From Eledone cirrhosa (lineage: Eukaryota), in contig CAXHJY010000296.1 of the NCBI GenBank assembly GCA_964016885.1, positions 1 through 31,605 of the forward strand: a stretch of 31,605 bases of DNA, given 5' to 3'. The notes below the pieces were generated by a model. The model was given only the letters and a program-made list of their open reading frames with translations. It ran no database searches and had not been told where the DNA came from. Both the position numbers and the translations under genes were made by a program. The stretch's first letter is position 1. Each line of letters starts with the position of its first letter. This document shows positions 11,796-25,896 of this stretch, piece after piece.

Positions 11796-11797
<2 letters not shown>
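11510..11797 (+). mobile_element. Fold-back element with 108-bp inverted arms and a one-sided extension
   Basis: 11510-11617 is almost exactly the reverse complement of 11630-11737. The right arm has GAAA-gct-TA (palindrome AAGCTT). Flanked by (TA)n. Confidence 0.7.
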
Positions 11798-11887
<90 letters not shown>

Positions 11888-11955
11888 AACATACACAATT
11901 ACACATACAAATACATACAGCTAAACATTCCAAAATGTTGGTCTAGATGCGGATA

Positions 11956-12297
<342 letters not shown>

Positions 12298-12335
12298 CGT
12301 ATCCATGTCTTTGTTCTGTATACGTGTGTGTATGT

Positions 12336-12369
<34 letters not shown>

Positions 12370-12373
12370 GAGA

Positions 12374-12412
<39 letters not shown>

Positions 12413-12819
12413 GGGATAGAGATCGATAGGGTGAGAGTGAGGGAAAGAGAGAGTGATATAGAGAAAGGATAGTGAATTCAACGAGGAAGAATGTGCAACA
12501 CTCGTTGATAGGCAAGTGAACTTGTGCATAAATGTGCACGAATGTGGTGTCTGAATATGCAGTGAATTGCATATATATCTGACGTCCGCTCAGTTACAGA
12601 TGCAGACAACAGTAAATAGGCGAATGATATGCTGGAGTTTTGGAGAAGATTATATTAAGTAGAACATTTAGAATCTATTGTAGCAATCTTATTGAGATTA
12701 CGAAGGAAATTAAACTTTTTGTGGAGTCTGTAGACTGTACTGGCTGGCTGGTAGGTGGCGTGTTGTTGGTGTGAGGTGGGGTAAGGTGATGTAGGTGTGA
12801 GTTGGGTGGTTGGTGTGCT

Positions 12820-13070
12820 CTTGGTGTGGGAATGGGATGTGGCTATGTGATATACAGAAAATGCATGTGAGCAAGAGAGAATGAGAAAAATAATAGAGAA
12901 AGTGTGAGAGAGAGAGAGAGAGGGAGAGAGAGAGAGATAAAAGAGAGGGAGAGAGAGAGAGAGAGAGAGGAAAAGAAAGTATTGGCGTGTTCTTGGTGTG
13001 GGAATGGGATGGGGTTATGTGATATACAGAAAATGCATGTGAGCAAGAGAGAATGAGAAACATAATAGAG
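12820..13070. repeat. Two ~80-bp direct repeats separated by (GA)n
   Basis: tcttggtgtgggaatgggatg..atgtgatatacagaaaatgcatgtgagcaagagagaatgagaaa occurs at about 12819 and 12992. Confidence 0.85.
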
Positions 13071-13833
13071 AGAGAGAGAAAGTGAGTGAGAGAGAGGGGG
13101 AGAGAGATAAGAGAGAGAGAGAAGAGAAGAGAGATAAGAGAAGAGAAGAGAAGAGAAGAGAAGAGAAGAGAAGAGAAGAGAAGAGAAGAGAAATAAAAGA
13201 GAGAGATAGAGGGAGAGAGAGAGAGAGAGAGAGGGAGGGGGGGGGAAAGAAAGGATGGACAAAGTGATTAAGAGGGGAAAGAGGGATGTAGATGGAGATA
13301 TAGGGGATGAAGAGATAGATAGGTATGTAGGTAGATAGGAAGGTAGGTTGGTAAGTAGAGAGAGTGATGGCTAGATTAGATACAAGAGTAAGTAGGTATA
13401 TTATGCGGATAGGGGTCGTTGTAAGGTAGATAGATCGATAGATGGAAATATGAATACATTGATAGATAGATAGCATATAGTGAAATAGATAGATAATTAA
13501 ATCGATAGGATCGCAATACGGTTAAATTAATGGATTTATATATAAGAAAATTATTTAATTATAAAGAAGCGCTGGCCATTTATTTTAGTAATAAAATGTT
13601 GTATTGATTTATTTCTGACGTTTTCAACCTCAGATATGATGACAGTGCTCTTAAATATGGTGATTAGGAAAGAAAAAAAAAGAAAAAATAGGGGTTATCT
13701 AACATTATTCACTGGTAGACTAAACAAGGAAGAAACCTTCCCAAATTTCTGTTTTTATCTACGACAGTGGAGGTGTATACATTACCATTTTGTGTTCGAT
13801 ATGAAGTAATTGATTTGCCATATAGAAATGTGT

Positions 13834-14125
13834 GAAGGTGCATGGCTTAGTGGATAGGGGTGATCGCATGGTCGTGAGTCAGATTCCCAGTGGCGCATTG
13901 CGCTTTTGGGCAAGACGATTTGTATCACGTTGTTTCAATTCACTGAGATAGCAAAAATGAGGGACAGTCTTACCACACACTGTATGATGCTGAACCGCCA
14001 TAAGAATGACGTTAAGAGTACACGTGTCCGTAGAGTGGTCACCCACGTGCACGTTATTTCATGAGCACGGCTGTTCGGTTGACCGAATCAACTATCGCAG
14101 TGGTAATCGGAAACGACGGGATTCC
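13834..14125 (+). mobile_element. tRNA-derived SINE, family B (CORE/V-domain-like), diverged
   Basis: A box TGGCTTAGTGG, a B-box-like element, and ttgggcaag core. Colinear with 22583-22900. Confidence 0.75.
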
Positions 14126-14240
14126 ACCAACAGCAACATATGGAAATGTTTAGGGTAAAATATAATCTCCCACAAAAAACATTCATCAGCGCTAGGAAAC
14201 GAGAGGTTGGTCGTTTATTTATGTCATAAATAGGGAAAGT

Positions 14241-14563
14241 ATTGAACATAGGAGACCAGATATTGTATTAATTGAGAAAGAAAGCAGTGTTGGGTCATAG
14301 ATATAGCCTGTCCAGCTGATAACAAGGTATACGATAAAGAAGGAAAAAAATTGATAAATATGACAGATTAGCTTTGGAGATTAAGCAGTTGTAGTCACTG
14401 AAAAAGGTGGTGGCAATACCATTAATAGTTGGAGACTTGGGAACAGTGAGTAAAGATCTTGAGATGTAGATCAAACAAATAGGAATTGCAATATGGATGG
14501 ACACTTACAGAAACAGCATTGTTTGGAACAGCTCGAATATTCTGGAGGGTACTTGAAAAATAA
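14241..14563 (+). pseudogene. Restriction-like endonuclease domain remnant of an R4/Dong-type non-LTR retrotransposon
   Basis: IEHRRPDIVLIEK..IDIACPADNKVYDKEGKKIDKYDRL..IPLIVGDLGTV..LFGTARI, a PD-(D/E)xK RLE, with stops and frameshifts. Confidence 0.8.
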
Positions 14564-14589
14564 GGGGTGTTACCTCAGTTCACTGCTAA

Positions 14590-15325
14590 CAAATAACAAA
14601 TAACAAGGAAATTTCCCAATAGGGAGGAATAGTACCCAGGAGTGACTCAGGAACCCTACCAATTTTGAAGTACCATACTCTCCAAGATCACTCTAGGAGG
14701 GCCCCCTCTCCCCTCCAAACTATCTAGCCTACAGGCACATAGTCAGAGGAGATCAATTCCCAAGTGTCATCGAAGTAGTACATCGAAGTAGAAAAATTTG
14801 ATGAGGGCTTGGTCGAAGAGGAAAGTGTCTGTCTTCAGTCCTTTCAACGGCGTCCATTACACAACCGCTTTCGCGACAACCACAAGGCAGAGGAAAACTG
14901 CCTACCCTTCCAGGTCAAAAGAAAATAGCAGGGTGATCTTCATAATGGACACAGTCCATAGTTGGATTCGTTCTACGCGCGATAATAGCTGTTCGACAAA
15001 ACTTTACAAGTCAGTAGTGCAATCATAACGGTTTCGTCGCTCTGGACGCATCAGAGTTTTTGTATCGAACCGGTAGTGCTCCCACCCAGAAGCACTACCA
15101 AGATAGGGATTTCTGGAATTTCTTCATAGTCTCCAACTCGAAAGTTCTTCGGAACAGACTGGTCAGTTCAATTTCGTCGACACCCAGAGGCTCTCCGAGA
15201 ACGTTGTCACACTTGCTCACCACTAGTCCTCTAGAGTGGAATTTCCACTGACTGCATTGCCCGACTGCTTGAGGGCAATGAGCGCTTGGTAACATTCCAG
15301 ATGCCAGGCATCCAGTCTCAGTCTT
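14590..15325 (-). mobile_element. Tx1/L1-clade LINE 3' remnant
   Basis: Minus strand gives FQKSLSW..GALPVR..CVQSDETV (zf-RVT/CCHC-like) and AVFLCLVVVAKAVV*WT.LKGLK. The 3' UTR motif ttcccaatagg is shared with 18605. Confidence 0.65.
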
Positions 15326-15394
15326 CGCTTATATATATAGAATGTGTGTGTGTGCATACGTATATATGTATATATATATCTTCTTCATATATAC

Positions 15395-15498
<104 letters not shown>

Positions 15499-15629
15499 TA
15501 GAGAGGCCCTTAGCAATAGGTAATTTTCAGCAAATGTTTAAAACGTTCTGAATCAAATTTACCAATAGTTAATTTGAAAAATTCCTGAAATAACATGAAA
15601 AACTTAAGAAGCATTAGGTTTTCTTAATA

Positions 15630-15811
15630 ATTGTTTCTACTTTTGACACAAGGCCAGCAATTACTCAGTGCATTACTGGTATTTTATTTTATCGACCCCG
15701 TAAGGATGAAAGGCAAAGTTTACCTCGGCGGGATTTGAACTCAAAATGGCAAGGGCCGTAACTCTATGTTGTAAAGCATGGCGTCCGACCCTCTGCCAAT
15801 ATTGCCAATCC
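15630..15811 (-). mobile_element. tRNA-derived SINE, family A
   Basis: Full-length match. Confidence 0.92.
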
Positions 15812-15923
15812 ATGCACACAACTTTTATAAGAGAAACGCATTTTTATTGCCAACAATAATTTCTATAGAATCAAAAACATAATGTGAATACTGAGCACTC
15901 AATATTGAACATTATTTTTGCAC

Positions 15924-16100
15924 GTGGATTGGCAGTATCGGTAGAGAGTCGGACACTTTGAAGCATAGAGTTACGCCCCTTTATGATCTGAGTTCAAATG
16001 CCGCCGAGGTTAACTTTGCCTTTCATCCTTACGCCGTCGATAAAATAAAGTACCAGTAATGCACTGGTTAATTGCTGGCCTTGTGCCAAAAGTAGAAACA
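15924..16100 (+). mobile_element. tRNA-derived SINE, family A, with 13-bp target-site duplication
   Basis: attatttttgcac at 15911-15923 and 16101-16113 flanks the copy. Confidence 0.92.
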
Positions 16101-16101
16101 A

Positions 16102-16530
16102 TTATTTTTGCACAAGTGAGGATTTAGTGGCAGTTGGGTATGTTTTACCGTTTTCGGTAACGATCTGTAAAACAAATTGTTTCTCAGATTCATCTTTTGT
16201 GAGAATGTTATTGTAATCCTGAATTAGTTTGACACCTCTTTCTGCAACATCATTCACAACAACTGTCTCCTCAAGTTTTTCAAGTCCACTTTTGTAACCA
16301 AGATCACCCTTTCACGTGGAAGGGTCTTTGTCGAAGAAATCGGTGCTGATAGAAAATCTCGTGAAGAAAGTTTTTGTACCAGGGGTTACAAAAGACGAAA
16401 ACTCGATGTTTGTAAAGGAAGAAAAGTCATTTTGGTGCAGAATGTACCTCTTCAGTTGATATTTTTATTCTTTCTCTTCTTCACCTTTGTCTGTTTCCAG
16501 CATAACTTGAGCAATATTTGCCTTAACCTC
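16102..16530 (-). pseudogene. C-terminal fragment of a hAT-related (hATm-like) transposase
   Basis: One minus frame with two stops: FVTPGTKTFFTRFSISTDFFDKDPST*KGDLGYKSGLEKLEETVVVNDVAERGVKLIQDYNNILTKDESEKQFVLQIVTENGKTYPTATKSSLVQK*. The VNDxAERGVK motif is recalled from arthropod/mollusc transposases. A possible terminus TAGAGAGGCC lies at about 15499. Confidence 0.7.
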
Positions 16531-16910
16531 TCCTTGCTCTCCTTTCTCATTGCTCTCCCTTTCTCATTGCTCTCCTTGCTCTCCTTTTCTCATTGCTCTC
16601 CTTTTATCCTTGTCCTCCTTGCTCTCCCTTTATCCTTGATCGTCTTGCTCTCCTTTTCTCATTACTCTCCTTGCTCTCCTTCCTCTTCTTTTATCCTTGC
16701 TCTCATTTTCTCCTTGTTCTTCTTGCTCTCGTGTTATCCTTGTTCACCTTTCTCTTCTTTTCTCCTTGCTCTCCTTTTCTCCTTGCCCTCCTTGCTCTTC
16801 TTTTATCCTTGCTCTCCTTGCTCCCATTTTCTCATTGCTCTCCTTTCTCTCCTTTTCTCGTTGCTCTCTTTTTCTCGTTGCTCTCTTTGCTCTTCATTTC
16901 TCCTTTTCAC
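16525..16910. repeat. CT-rich degenerate minisatellite (ccttgctct-like units)
   Basis: Visible in the sequence. It precedes a hammerhead, as the CT-rich part of the 9292-9906 pseudo-LTR does. Confidence 0.8.
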
Positions 16911-16980
16911 ATTGCCCGTTATCGGTCTTATACTAGTAAGTTTGCGCTAAGGTATGTCAATATCTTAACACCAAATATTA

Positions 16981-17039
16981 TATTTTATCTGATGAAAGCA
17001 CACTAAAATTTAGTGTCCTTGAAATACGTATAAAAAATA
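16981..17039 (+). ncRNA. Type I hammerhead ribozyme related to the 9798 motif
   Basis: tattttat-CTGATGA-aagcacactaa(aat)ttagtgtcctt-GAAA-tacgta-TA-aaaaata. Helix III is the palindrome ATACGTAT, and helix I has one bulge. Confidence 0.82.
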
Positions 17040-17216
17040 AATATGGTATTATAAAGATATTTTATTAATATTGTTAATATTAATAATACTCCAGATAAAA
17101 CTGTACAGTGCTTCAAAACTGTTATAAAATTATCTCTGTTGAATAATAATCAACAAACCATATAACTCATTGTGTGCGAGGGAGAGTAAGTTTATATAAA
17201 TACAAATACTACGTAC

Positions 17217-17267
<51 letters not shown>

Positions 17268-17269
17268 CG

Positions 17270-17545
<276 letters not shown>

Positions 17546-18000
17546 ATATATATATGTACAAACATAGACGAATATATGTTTGTGAGCATGTATATTGCTG
17601 ACGAGGGTGGGGATCTGTTCCTAGACGAGTGACGTTCATTAAGAGGTGACATCGCTGTGTAAACAGGATAATCGATGTGTGATTGGAAACCGTTTCATTT
17701 GAAACTGAAATGTAGCGTGAACATCCGTTTTCTGACTTTACTAAAGTTACTCACCCTTGCAGCACGACAACGACGACCACTACTGCTGTTGCCGACACCG
17801 CCGCCACTCCAACTGTAACCATCTTCACATTATTTGCTCGTCAATAAATGACAGTAACAAACACAACAGTAATCATTATAATAATAATTTCTAACATAGG
17901 ATCAAGGCCAGAAATTTGCAGGTAAGGTTCTACTCGCTTAAATCTGCCTCAGAGCTGAACTGATACGTTTTGTTTATATATATATATATAGATAGATAAG

Positions 18001-18176
18001 TTTATCCCGGGTTCAATCGGGGGTAACCTCAGTAAGTAAGGTGCTCAATACATAGCAGAGTATAAATATTTAATATACAAATGGCTTCTGCAGGACTAGA
18101 ATTGTTTCATTCGGGAGAAATCGATTTCACCCGAATGAAACAGTTCTAGTCCTGTAGAAGCCATTTCTATATTAAA
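18001..18176 (-). mobile_element. Fold-back PLE terminal fragment with hammerhead 3' halves
   Basis: Palindrome 18069-18176 with no spacer (centre 18122/18123). One-sided extension 18001-18068. Homologous to 17270-17399. Confidence 0.75.
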
Positions 18177-18296
18177 CACACACAAACATACACAAACACA
18201 CACATATATATTATACACATCGTAACCATTATGTAATAACGGTCAAATACTGTTGAAATATGCATTAGGGATGTTATATAATATAATAATAATAAT

Positions 18297-18398
18297 GGTT
18301 TCTTTAATGGCCACAAGGGCTGACAGGAAGAAAAACATTACAGACGGCACAGGACGGTACAGGACGGTACAAAGTGGGTTTGGGCCGTGTAAAAAGGT
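18297..18398 (-). mobile_element. Short 3' terminal fragment of a Tx1/L1-like LINE
   Basis: Similar to 18467-18565 and ends in ttaaagaaacc(att)n. Confidence 0.5.
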
Positions 18399-18466
<68 letters not shown>

Positions 18467-18467
<1 letters not shown>

Positions 18468-18840
18468 CTTTCTTTATTAACCACAAGGGTTTACACAAAG
18501 TAGACATTAAGGGCAGTACAGGACAATACAGGGCGGTACAAAAGGGCATTTCTGCGTGTAAAAAAACAAGAAACAGAGGATGTAATAATAGAACAATGAA
18601 AAAATTCCCAATAGGGGGGAGACTTCCGAGGGACATTCGTGGAGAAAGCCCATTAAAAGCCACAGTGACCCTGACCACCAGGGCAAGTACCCACTCCCAA
18701 TTTTCCACCTTTAATTTACAGACACATACTCAGAGTAGGCCCATTCACTCGGGCCATTCTTGTCTCTCTCACCCATCTTTCAACAAAATGCTGGGAAAAG
18801 AGCACTTCCCTCTCTACCCTGATTTTCCTTTTTAAATGAT
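18467..18840 (-). mobile_element. Tx1/L1-like LINE 3' end with (ATT)n tail
   Basis: Minus strand gives RKIRVEREVLFSQHFVERWVRETRMARVNGPTLSMCL*, then a 3' UTR, AATAAA and (ATT)n at 18403-18466. Confidence 0.55.
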
Positions 18841-18849
18841 AATAGCCAA

Positions 18850-19272
18850 GAAATTAGAACACAATAGGCCTGACCTGGTGGTTTAGACAAGGAAAAAAGA
18901 TCGTACCTGATTGTAGATGTAGCCTGCCTATTTGACACGAGAGTGCAAGAAAAGGAGAGGGAGAAAATTAACCGATACCAGGACTTAAAGTGGGAGGTAA
19001 AAAGGATTTGGAACTGCCATGAAATCAAGGTCGTCCTGATTGTTATAGGCGCACTAGGTACTATCTCAAAAAGTTTCCAAGGATGGTTAAAGAAAATTAG
19101 TCCCGCCCGGCTCTTTGGAACACTTCAAAAGGCATGCTTGCTGGAACAGCAAGAACCCTCCGATACATCCTGAATATCTGAGGCTGCAGGTAGTGGCTTG
19201 ATATTCATTTCCTAAACTTTCCAGTTAAATAACATCAATGACTGAGACTCAAAGAACAATAATAATAATAAT
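18850..19272 (+). mobile_element. R4/Dong-type non-LTR retrotransposon 3' end (RLE domain, 3' UTR, (AAT)n)
   Basis: LEHNRPDLVV..DKEKRSYLIVDVACLFDTRVQEKEREKINRYQDLKWEVKRIW..IVIGALGTISK..LQKACLL/GTARTLRYILNI, with frameshifts, followed by (AAT)n. Confidence 0.85.
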
Positions 19273-19273
19273 A

Positions 19274-19460
19274 ATTGTTTCTACATTTGGCACAAGGCCA
19301 GCATTTATCCCAGTGCATTACTGGTACTTTATTTTATCGACCCCATAAGGATGAAAGGCAAAGTTAACTTCGGCGGGATTTGAAATCAGCTCGTAAAGGG
19401 GCGTAACTCTATGTTGAAAAGCATGGCGTCCGACTCTCTACCGATACTGCCAATCCACCA
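19274..19460 (-). mobile_element. tRNA-derived SINE, family A
   Basis: Full-length match, sharing the (AAT)n tract with the LINE end. Confidence 0.92.
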
Positions 19461-19491
19461 CCCTATAATAATAGTAATAATAATAATAATA

Positions 19492-19704
19492 ATGGTTTCT
19501 TATATAGGCACAAGGCCAGTAATTTTGGGGGAGGGGAAAGTCGATTAAATCGACCCTAGTGTATTGCTGGTACTTTATTTTATCGACTCCGTAAGGATGA
19601 AAGGCAAAGTTAACCTCGGCGGGATTTGAACTCAGAATAGCAAGGGCCGTAACTCTATGCGTCAAAGCATGGCGTCCGACCCTCTACCGATACTGCCAAT
19701 TCAC
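19492..19704 (-). mobile_element. tRNA-derived SINE, family A, long variant
   Basis: Carries an extra gtcgatttaatcgac hairpin segment in the 3' part. Confidence 0.92.
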
Positions 19705-19719
19705 TAAAACACGCACAAA

Positions 19720-21690
<1,971 letters not shown>

Positions 21691-21734
21691 ACATAATTTA
21701 AATTGATATTACTGTTGTAATTCTCGAGATCTGC

Positions 21735-22110
21735 CCCGAATTAGCAACCCATGATCAAGGTTATTCATGCTGTGGCCCTTCAGTCTTTGTTTAAGGTACA
21801 ACGTATCCTAGACTAGATAATTATGGACATACCTTGTCCCTTCCCTATTTCATGTGATTTGTAAGGGAGCTGGTTGATATTTCTAGCAGATCGAGTAGTT
21901 GTTGCTGTTTAGCTTAAAATAAACCATAATTGAGTTGATTTATGACCAAACATGTCCAATCGTGACCATTCTATTATTTTATATCTATGACTACATTGTC
22001 CAAATTGTCCTTTCATTGTTTTTTTAAATGCGTGATTTGAGGATGATTTGATTGTCATTCCCAGCAAGTCGGGCGACCACCTAAAGACTCCTATGATGGG
22101 TTGTTTGGTT
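21735..22110 (+). repeat. Two diverged copies of an unclassified interspersed repeat
   Basis: Loose shared motifs (atgatcaa/atgaccaa..tcca.cc.tgacc..t.ctagcag.tcg.g). Similar sequence lies at 30180-30350 (minus) and 31095-31222. Confidence 0.45.
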
Positions 22111-22138
22111 GTTTCCCATCGGATGACACCCTCCACCC

Positions 22139-22218
<80 letters not shown>

Positions 22219-22582
22219 TGTGTGTGTTTGTATGTTTGTATATGCGTGCATATATATGCACACACACACACACACAGGCATATATATATATACACAATGT
22301 CAAGATCAAATCGACACTGCTTATCAGCCTACCACCCCCATTATTATCAGTAGCAGCACATTTCTTAAATTGTTATGTAATGACACAGACATTGATATCG
22401 GAATTGTAGGCGTTTCTATTATACATGCGATCTCGTAATAATTACCACGCATATACATACACCATGTAAAGTATGTGTGTAGCTACATGTTTACATGTGT
22501 TGATGGATGTATACGGTGCCTTTGCGAGAGTTTATGTATGTATGTATGTATGTATGTATGTATGTATGTATGTATGTATTGT

Positions 22583-22900
22583 GAAGTTGCGTGGCTTAGT
22601 GCTAAGGGTATTCAACTCACAATCGTAAGGCCGTAAGTTCGATTCCCGGTGGTGCGTTGTATCCTTGAGCAAGAAACTTTATTTCACGTTGCTCCAGTCC
22701 ACTCAGCTGGCAAACATGAGTTGTACCTGCAGTGGGAAGGGCCAGCCTTGTCATACACTGTGTCACATTGAATCTTCCTGAGAACTACGTAAAGGGTACG
22801 CGTGTGTGTGAAATGTTCAGCCACTTGAACGTTAATTTCACGAGCAGGCTGTTCCGTTGATAGGATCAACTGGAACACTCATCGTCGCAACTGACGGTGT
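22583..22900 (+). mobile_element. tRNA-derived SINE, family B (CORE/V-domain-like)
   Basis: A box TGGCTTAGTG, B box GTTCGATTCC, and core tccttgagcaagaaacttt..ccactcagctg. Confidence 0.82.
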
Positions 22901-23019
22901 GTCCTCATGTTTGCATGCATGCACCCTTGCATACATGCATGCATGCACTCTTGCATACATGCATGCATGTATGTTTCTTTTTCTCTTAATTTCCTGGTGG
23001 CAAGGTTGTAAAAGAAAAG

Positions 23020-23190
23020 AAATTGTCTTCCCTTGAATCGCAAGAATGTTTTGCAAATATTGATGGTGCCAGCTGTCGCCGCCATTTGTAGTCTATGAAT
23101 TAGGGAGCTGCGTCTTTGTCCACAAATCCAATTTCAGTTATACTTTGGTCCAAGCGGGTTGGTATGTAACCTATAGCTCCAATACTGATG
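23020..23190 (-). pseudogene. C-terminal remnant of an RLE-type non-LTR retrotransposon
   Basis: ISIGAIGYIPTRLDQSITEIGF../LIHRLQMAATAGTINICKTFLRF, which parallels the IGALG..LQ..GT pattern at 18850-19180. Confidence 0.6.
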
Positions 23191-23355
23191 TATGTGAGGC
23201 CTAAAAACACAGATTTAGTTTGCTGTCTCTGCGGCACTCAGTATCTCGCCAGCTTCTAAAGTGACTGCTGGTCTCACTTTCATAAGAATAATCAAGTATA
23301 TGTCAACCTTCCCGCAATGATCATGCTCGTCTAACGAGTAGACAACCATTATGTA

Positions 23356-23552
23356 TGGATTGGCAGTATCGGTAGAGTGTCGGATAACATGCTTTATGGC
23401 ATAGAGTTAAGGCCCTTTACGTTCCGAATTCAAATCTCGCCTAGGTTAGCCTTGCCTTTCAGCTTTATGGGAGTCGATAAAATAAAGCACCAGTAATTCA
23501 GTGGGGTCGATTTGATCGGCTTCTCCCCAAATTGCTGGCCTTTTACCTATAG
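23356..23552 (+). mobile_element. tRNA-derived SINE, family A long variant, diverged
   Basis: ttggcagtatcggtagag...aattcaaatctcgcc...gtcgataaaataaag...ttgctggcc. Confidence 0.85.
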
Positions 23553-23674
23553 TTTAAATCATTATGTATGCATGCATGTATATATCTACGTATTTATTAG
23601 CATGATTTGTACATACATACGCAATCGATAACTGTTTTTTTGACACATACACGCATACACGCATACACACACGT

Positions 23675-23751
<77 letters not shown>

Positions 23752-24069
23752 CACACACACACACACACTTCGGTGATACACTTGTTTGGTAAAGTGACAT
23801 TATCTGAGATTGTGTTTTGAAGCTGAAATAATTACATTATGGATGAGCTTTTCTAGCAATTTAAGAGCATATCAAAATTGTTATATTCACTTTTCATTTA
23901 TTTCTTGGGTTGTCTTCATAACACAAATACCCTTATCTTTCCTCCTATAATCTCTCAGTTGCCAGAATGATAGTTGTCTTCTGATGAAAGGTCATCTTGC
24001 CGTAAGCCGTGTAGCTGAGTCCGAAGAAAATGTTTTCCCCATTTGTTAATGTTTTCACAGCATTATCGC

Positions 24070-24253
24070 GGTGAATTGGCAGTATCGGTAGAGGGTTGGA
24101 CGCCATGTTTTCTAGCATAGTTACGTCCCTTTATAGTCTGAGTTCAAATCCCGCCGAGGTTAACTTTGCCTTTCATCCTTACGGGGCCGATAAAATAAAG
24201 TACCAGTAATGTACTGGGCAAATGCTGGCCTTGTGCCTAAAGTAGAAACAATT
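24070..24253 (+). mobile_element. tRNA-derived SINE, family A
   Basis: Full-length match. Confidence 0.92.
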
Positions 24254-24394
24254 ATCTCTCTAATGGCCCTATTGACTAGTAGTCATTTTGGCTGCTGACA
24301 CCCAATCGTTTGAACGTGGTCATTCTCTGTCTCACCAAACACTTTCTTGCACACTGCTCGAGTGACACAACAGTGGTGTCGAGACAACTGTCCT

Positions 24395-24685
24395 GCCTTC
24401 ATCACCAAAGCGGAATGGCCCCCTCATCACCAGATATCTTGACTATTGCTTGTGGTCAATTCGTGAGAGTAAAGCCTTCTCTACTCCACATCACAATATT
24501 GAGTCTCTAAAGGCAAAATTGGTGAAAGTATGGGACAATATTCCAATTGAAACCGAACATGCCGCCATCCAAGCTTTTCTTAAGAGGTTGTTGGTGTTAA
24601 TAAACATATACAATAGCCAGATACAATAAATATTTAAGGAATTATAAGCATTTTATTTTGTAACAGTATTTATGCCGCACCCTGC
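24395..24685 (+). mobile_element. Tc1/mariner 3' remnant
   Basis: WPPSSPD..DY..WSIRESKAFSTPHHNIESLKAKLVKVWDNIP..AAIQAFSKRL, and a TIR-like end gcaccctg at 24678-24685. Confidence 0.75.
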
Positions 24686-25313
24686 AGAAAAGTATCACAT
24701 TTTCTTCTCCGTGTCATCTATTCAATGTTTCGTGTTTCTCTTCTAAATGAGTCTAACTGACTTTTCTGTTCTTCGTTAAATACTGTTCGAGTTAACTACC
24801 ATATATTTGTTTATTTATTTTGTCATTGCCATGTTACTTCAAGTATGCTATTTAATTTTCATTTTCTGATTTCTTTCCAAGTTTTGTTTACTTTATCATT
24901 CAAATCTGCGTTCTTGTATAGTTTTATCGTCATTTTCCTCGAGGACAATATTTAATTATCTTCTTAGACATCGTGACCCTATATGAACCATTAGTACCAT
25001 TGACTGGGATTGAAACTGTGTAAGTCCATGACCAGCAGTTGTTTTGTCCTCTCCATGTTACTGTCTTTTTGTTGTCTAAGTACCAACCTGTTTCTATTTC
25101 GTCCGTTCCTTTACTTTTGCCTATTTTATTTTTTACCGTATCTATTGCCAATTTTGCAATTGTATGTATGTATGTATGTATGTATGTATGTATGTATGTA
25201 TGTATGTATGTATGTATGTATGTATGGATGGATGGATGGATGGATGGATGTTTGTATGTATGTATGTATGTATGTATGTATGTATGTATGTATGTATGTA
25301 TGTATGTATGTAT

Positions 25314-25896
25314 GTTTTTAGTCCTGCAGGATGTCCAAAGTCACCCTCCTCACCAAGAAACCTTGGTGGGGTTGCCAGTTTAGTCGCCAACGACCCGACC
25401 ATGAGACAGATCCTTTGCCCTTTGACACAAAACCTGTCAAAGGGCAAAAGAGCTCTTAAGAGTCAATGACCATCCAAAATCACCGGGAGAGATGACCCCT
25501 TAGGCTTTGTCAAGGCAGAATTCTAGGAGAAGGAAAACTCTGATATAATACCTGCAACTCTGATGGTATCCAATGATGTTGACTTGTTCTTCTTTTTGGT
25601 AAATATCATCTTGGTTAAGAGAGTGGGACTGGCTTTGTGCAGTGCCTTTTCTCACTATAAAAGCTTCACGACACAGGCATTGCTTTATATCTGGAGATCT
25701 CTCTGCACTTGTCATCACATGGTACCATGGGCCCAGCACTATGTGTCAATAATTGTCACAAGTGTAGTGTTTGTACCAGAGTTTTCAAGTCACTGGCTGG
25801 ACTAAAAAGTCACACTCGTTCAGCGCATCGGTAGGGATTCTCCTACATGGATATAAAGTAGTGGCCGTACTCGAAAACGAGTTGGCAGCCACCATA
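25314..25896 (-). mobile_element. Unclassified insertion in a (TATG)n microsatellite, possibly a non-LTR 3' fragment
   Basis: Higher-GC block flanked by (TATG)n on both sides, with the variant tggatggatgtttgtatgt duplicated at about 25241 and 25911. Confidence 0.4.

Noticed and set aside
15025-15056. Hammerhead-like CTGATGC-gtc..gac-GAAA on the minus strand
   Set aside because: It has a core mismatch and no helix I, and it coincides with the coding motif CVQSDETV of the LINE remnant.
17598-17700. CTGACGA followed by a distant GAAAC (also CTGATGA at 6175, 10948 and 23981)
   Set aside because: I could not close helix II or helix I convincingly.
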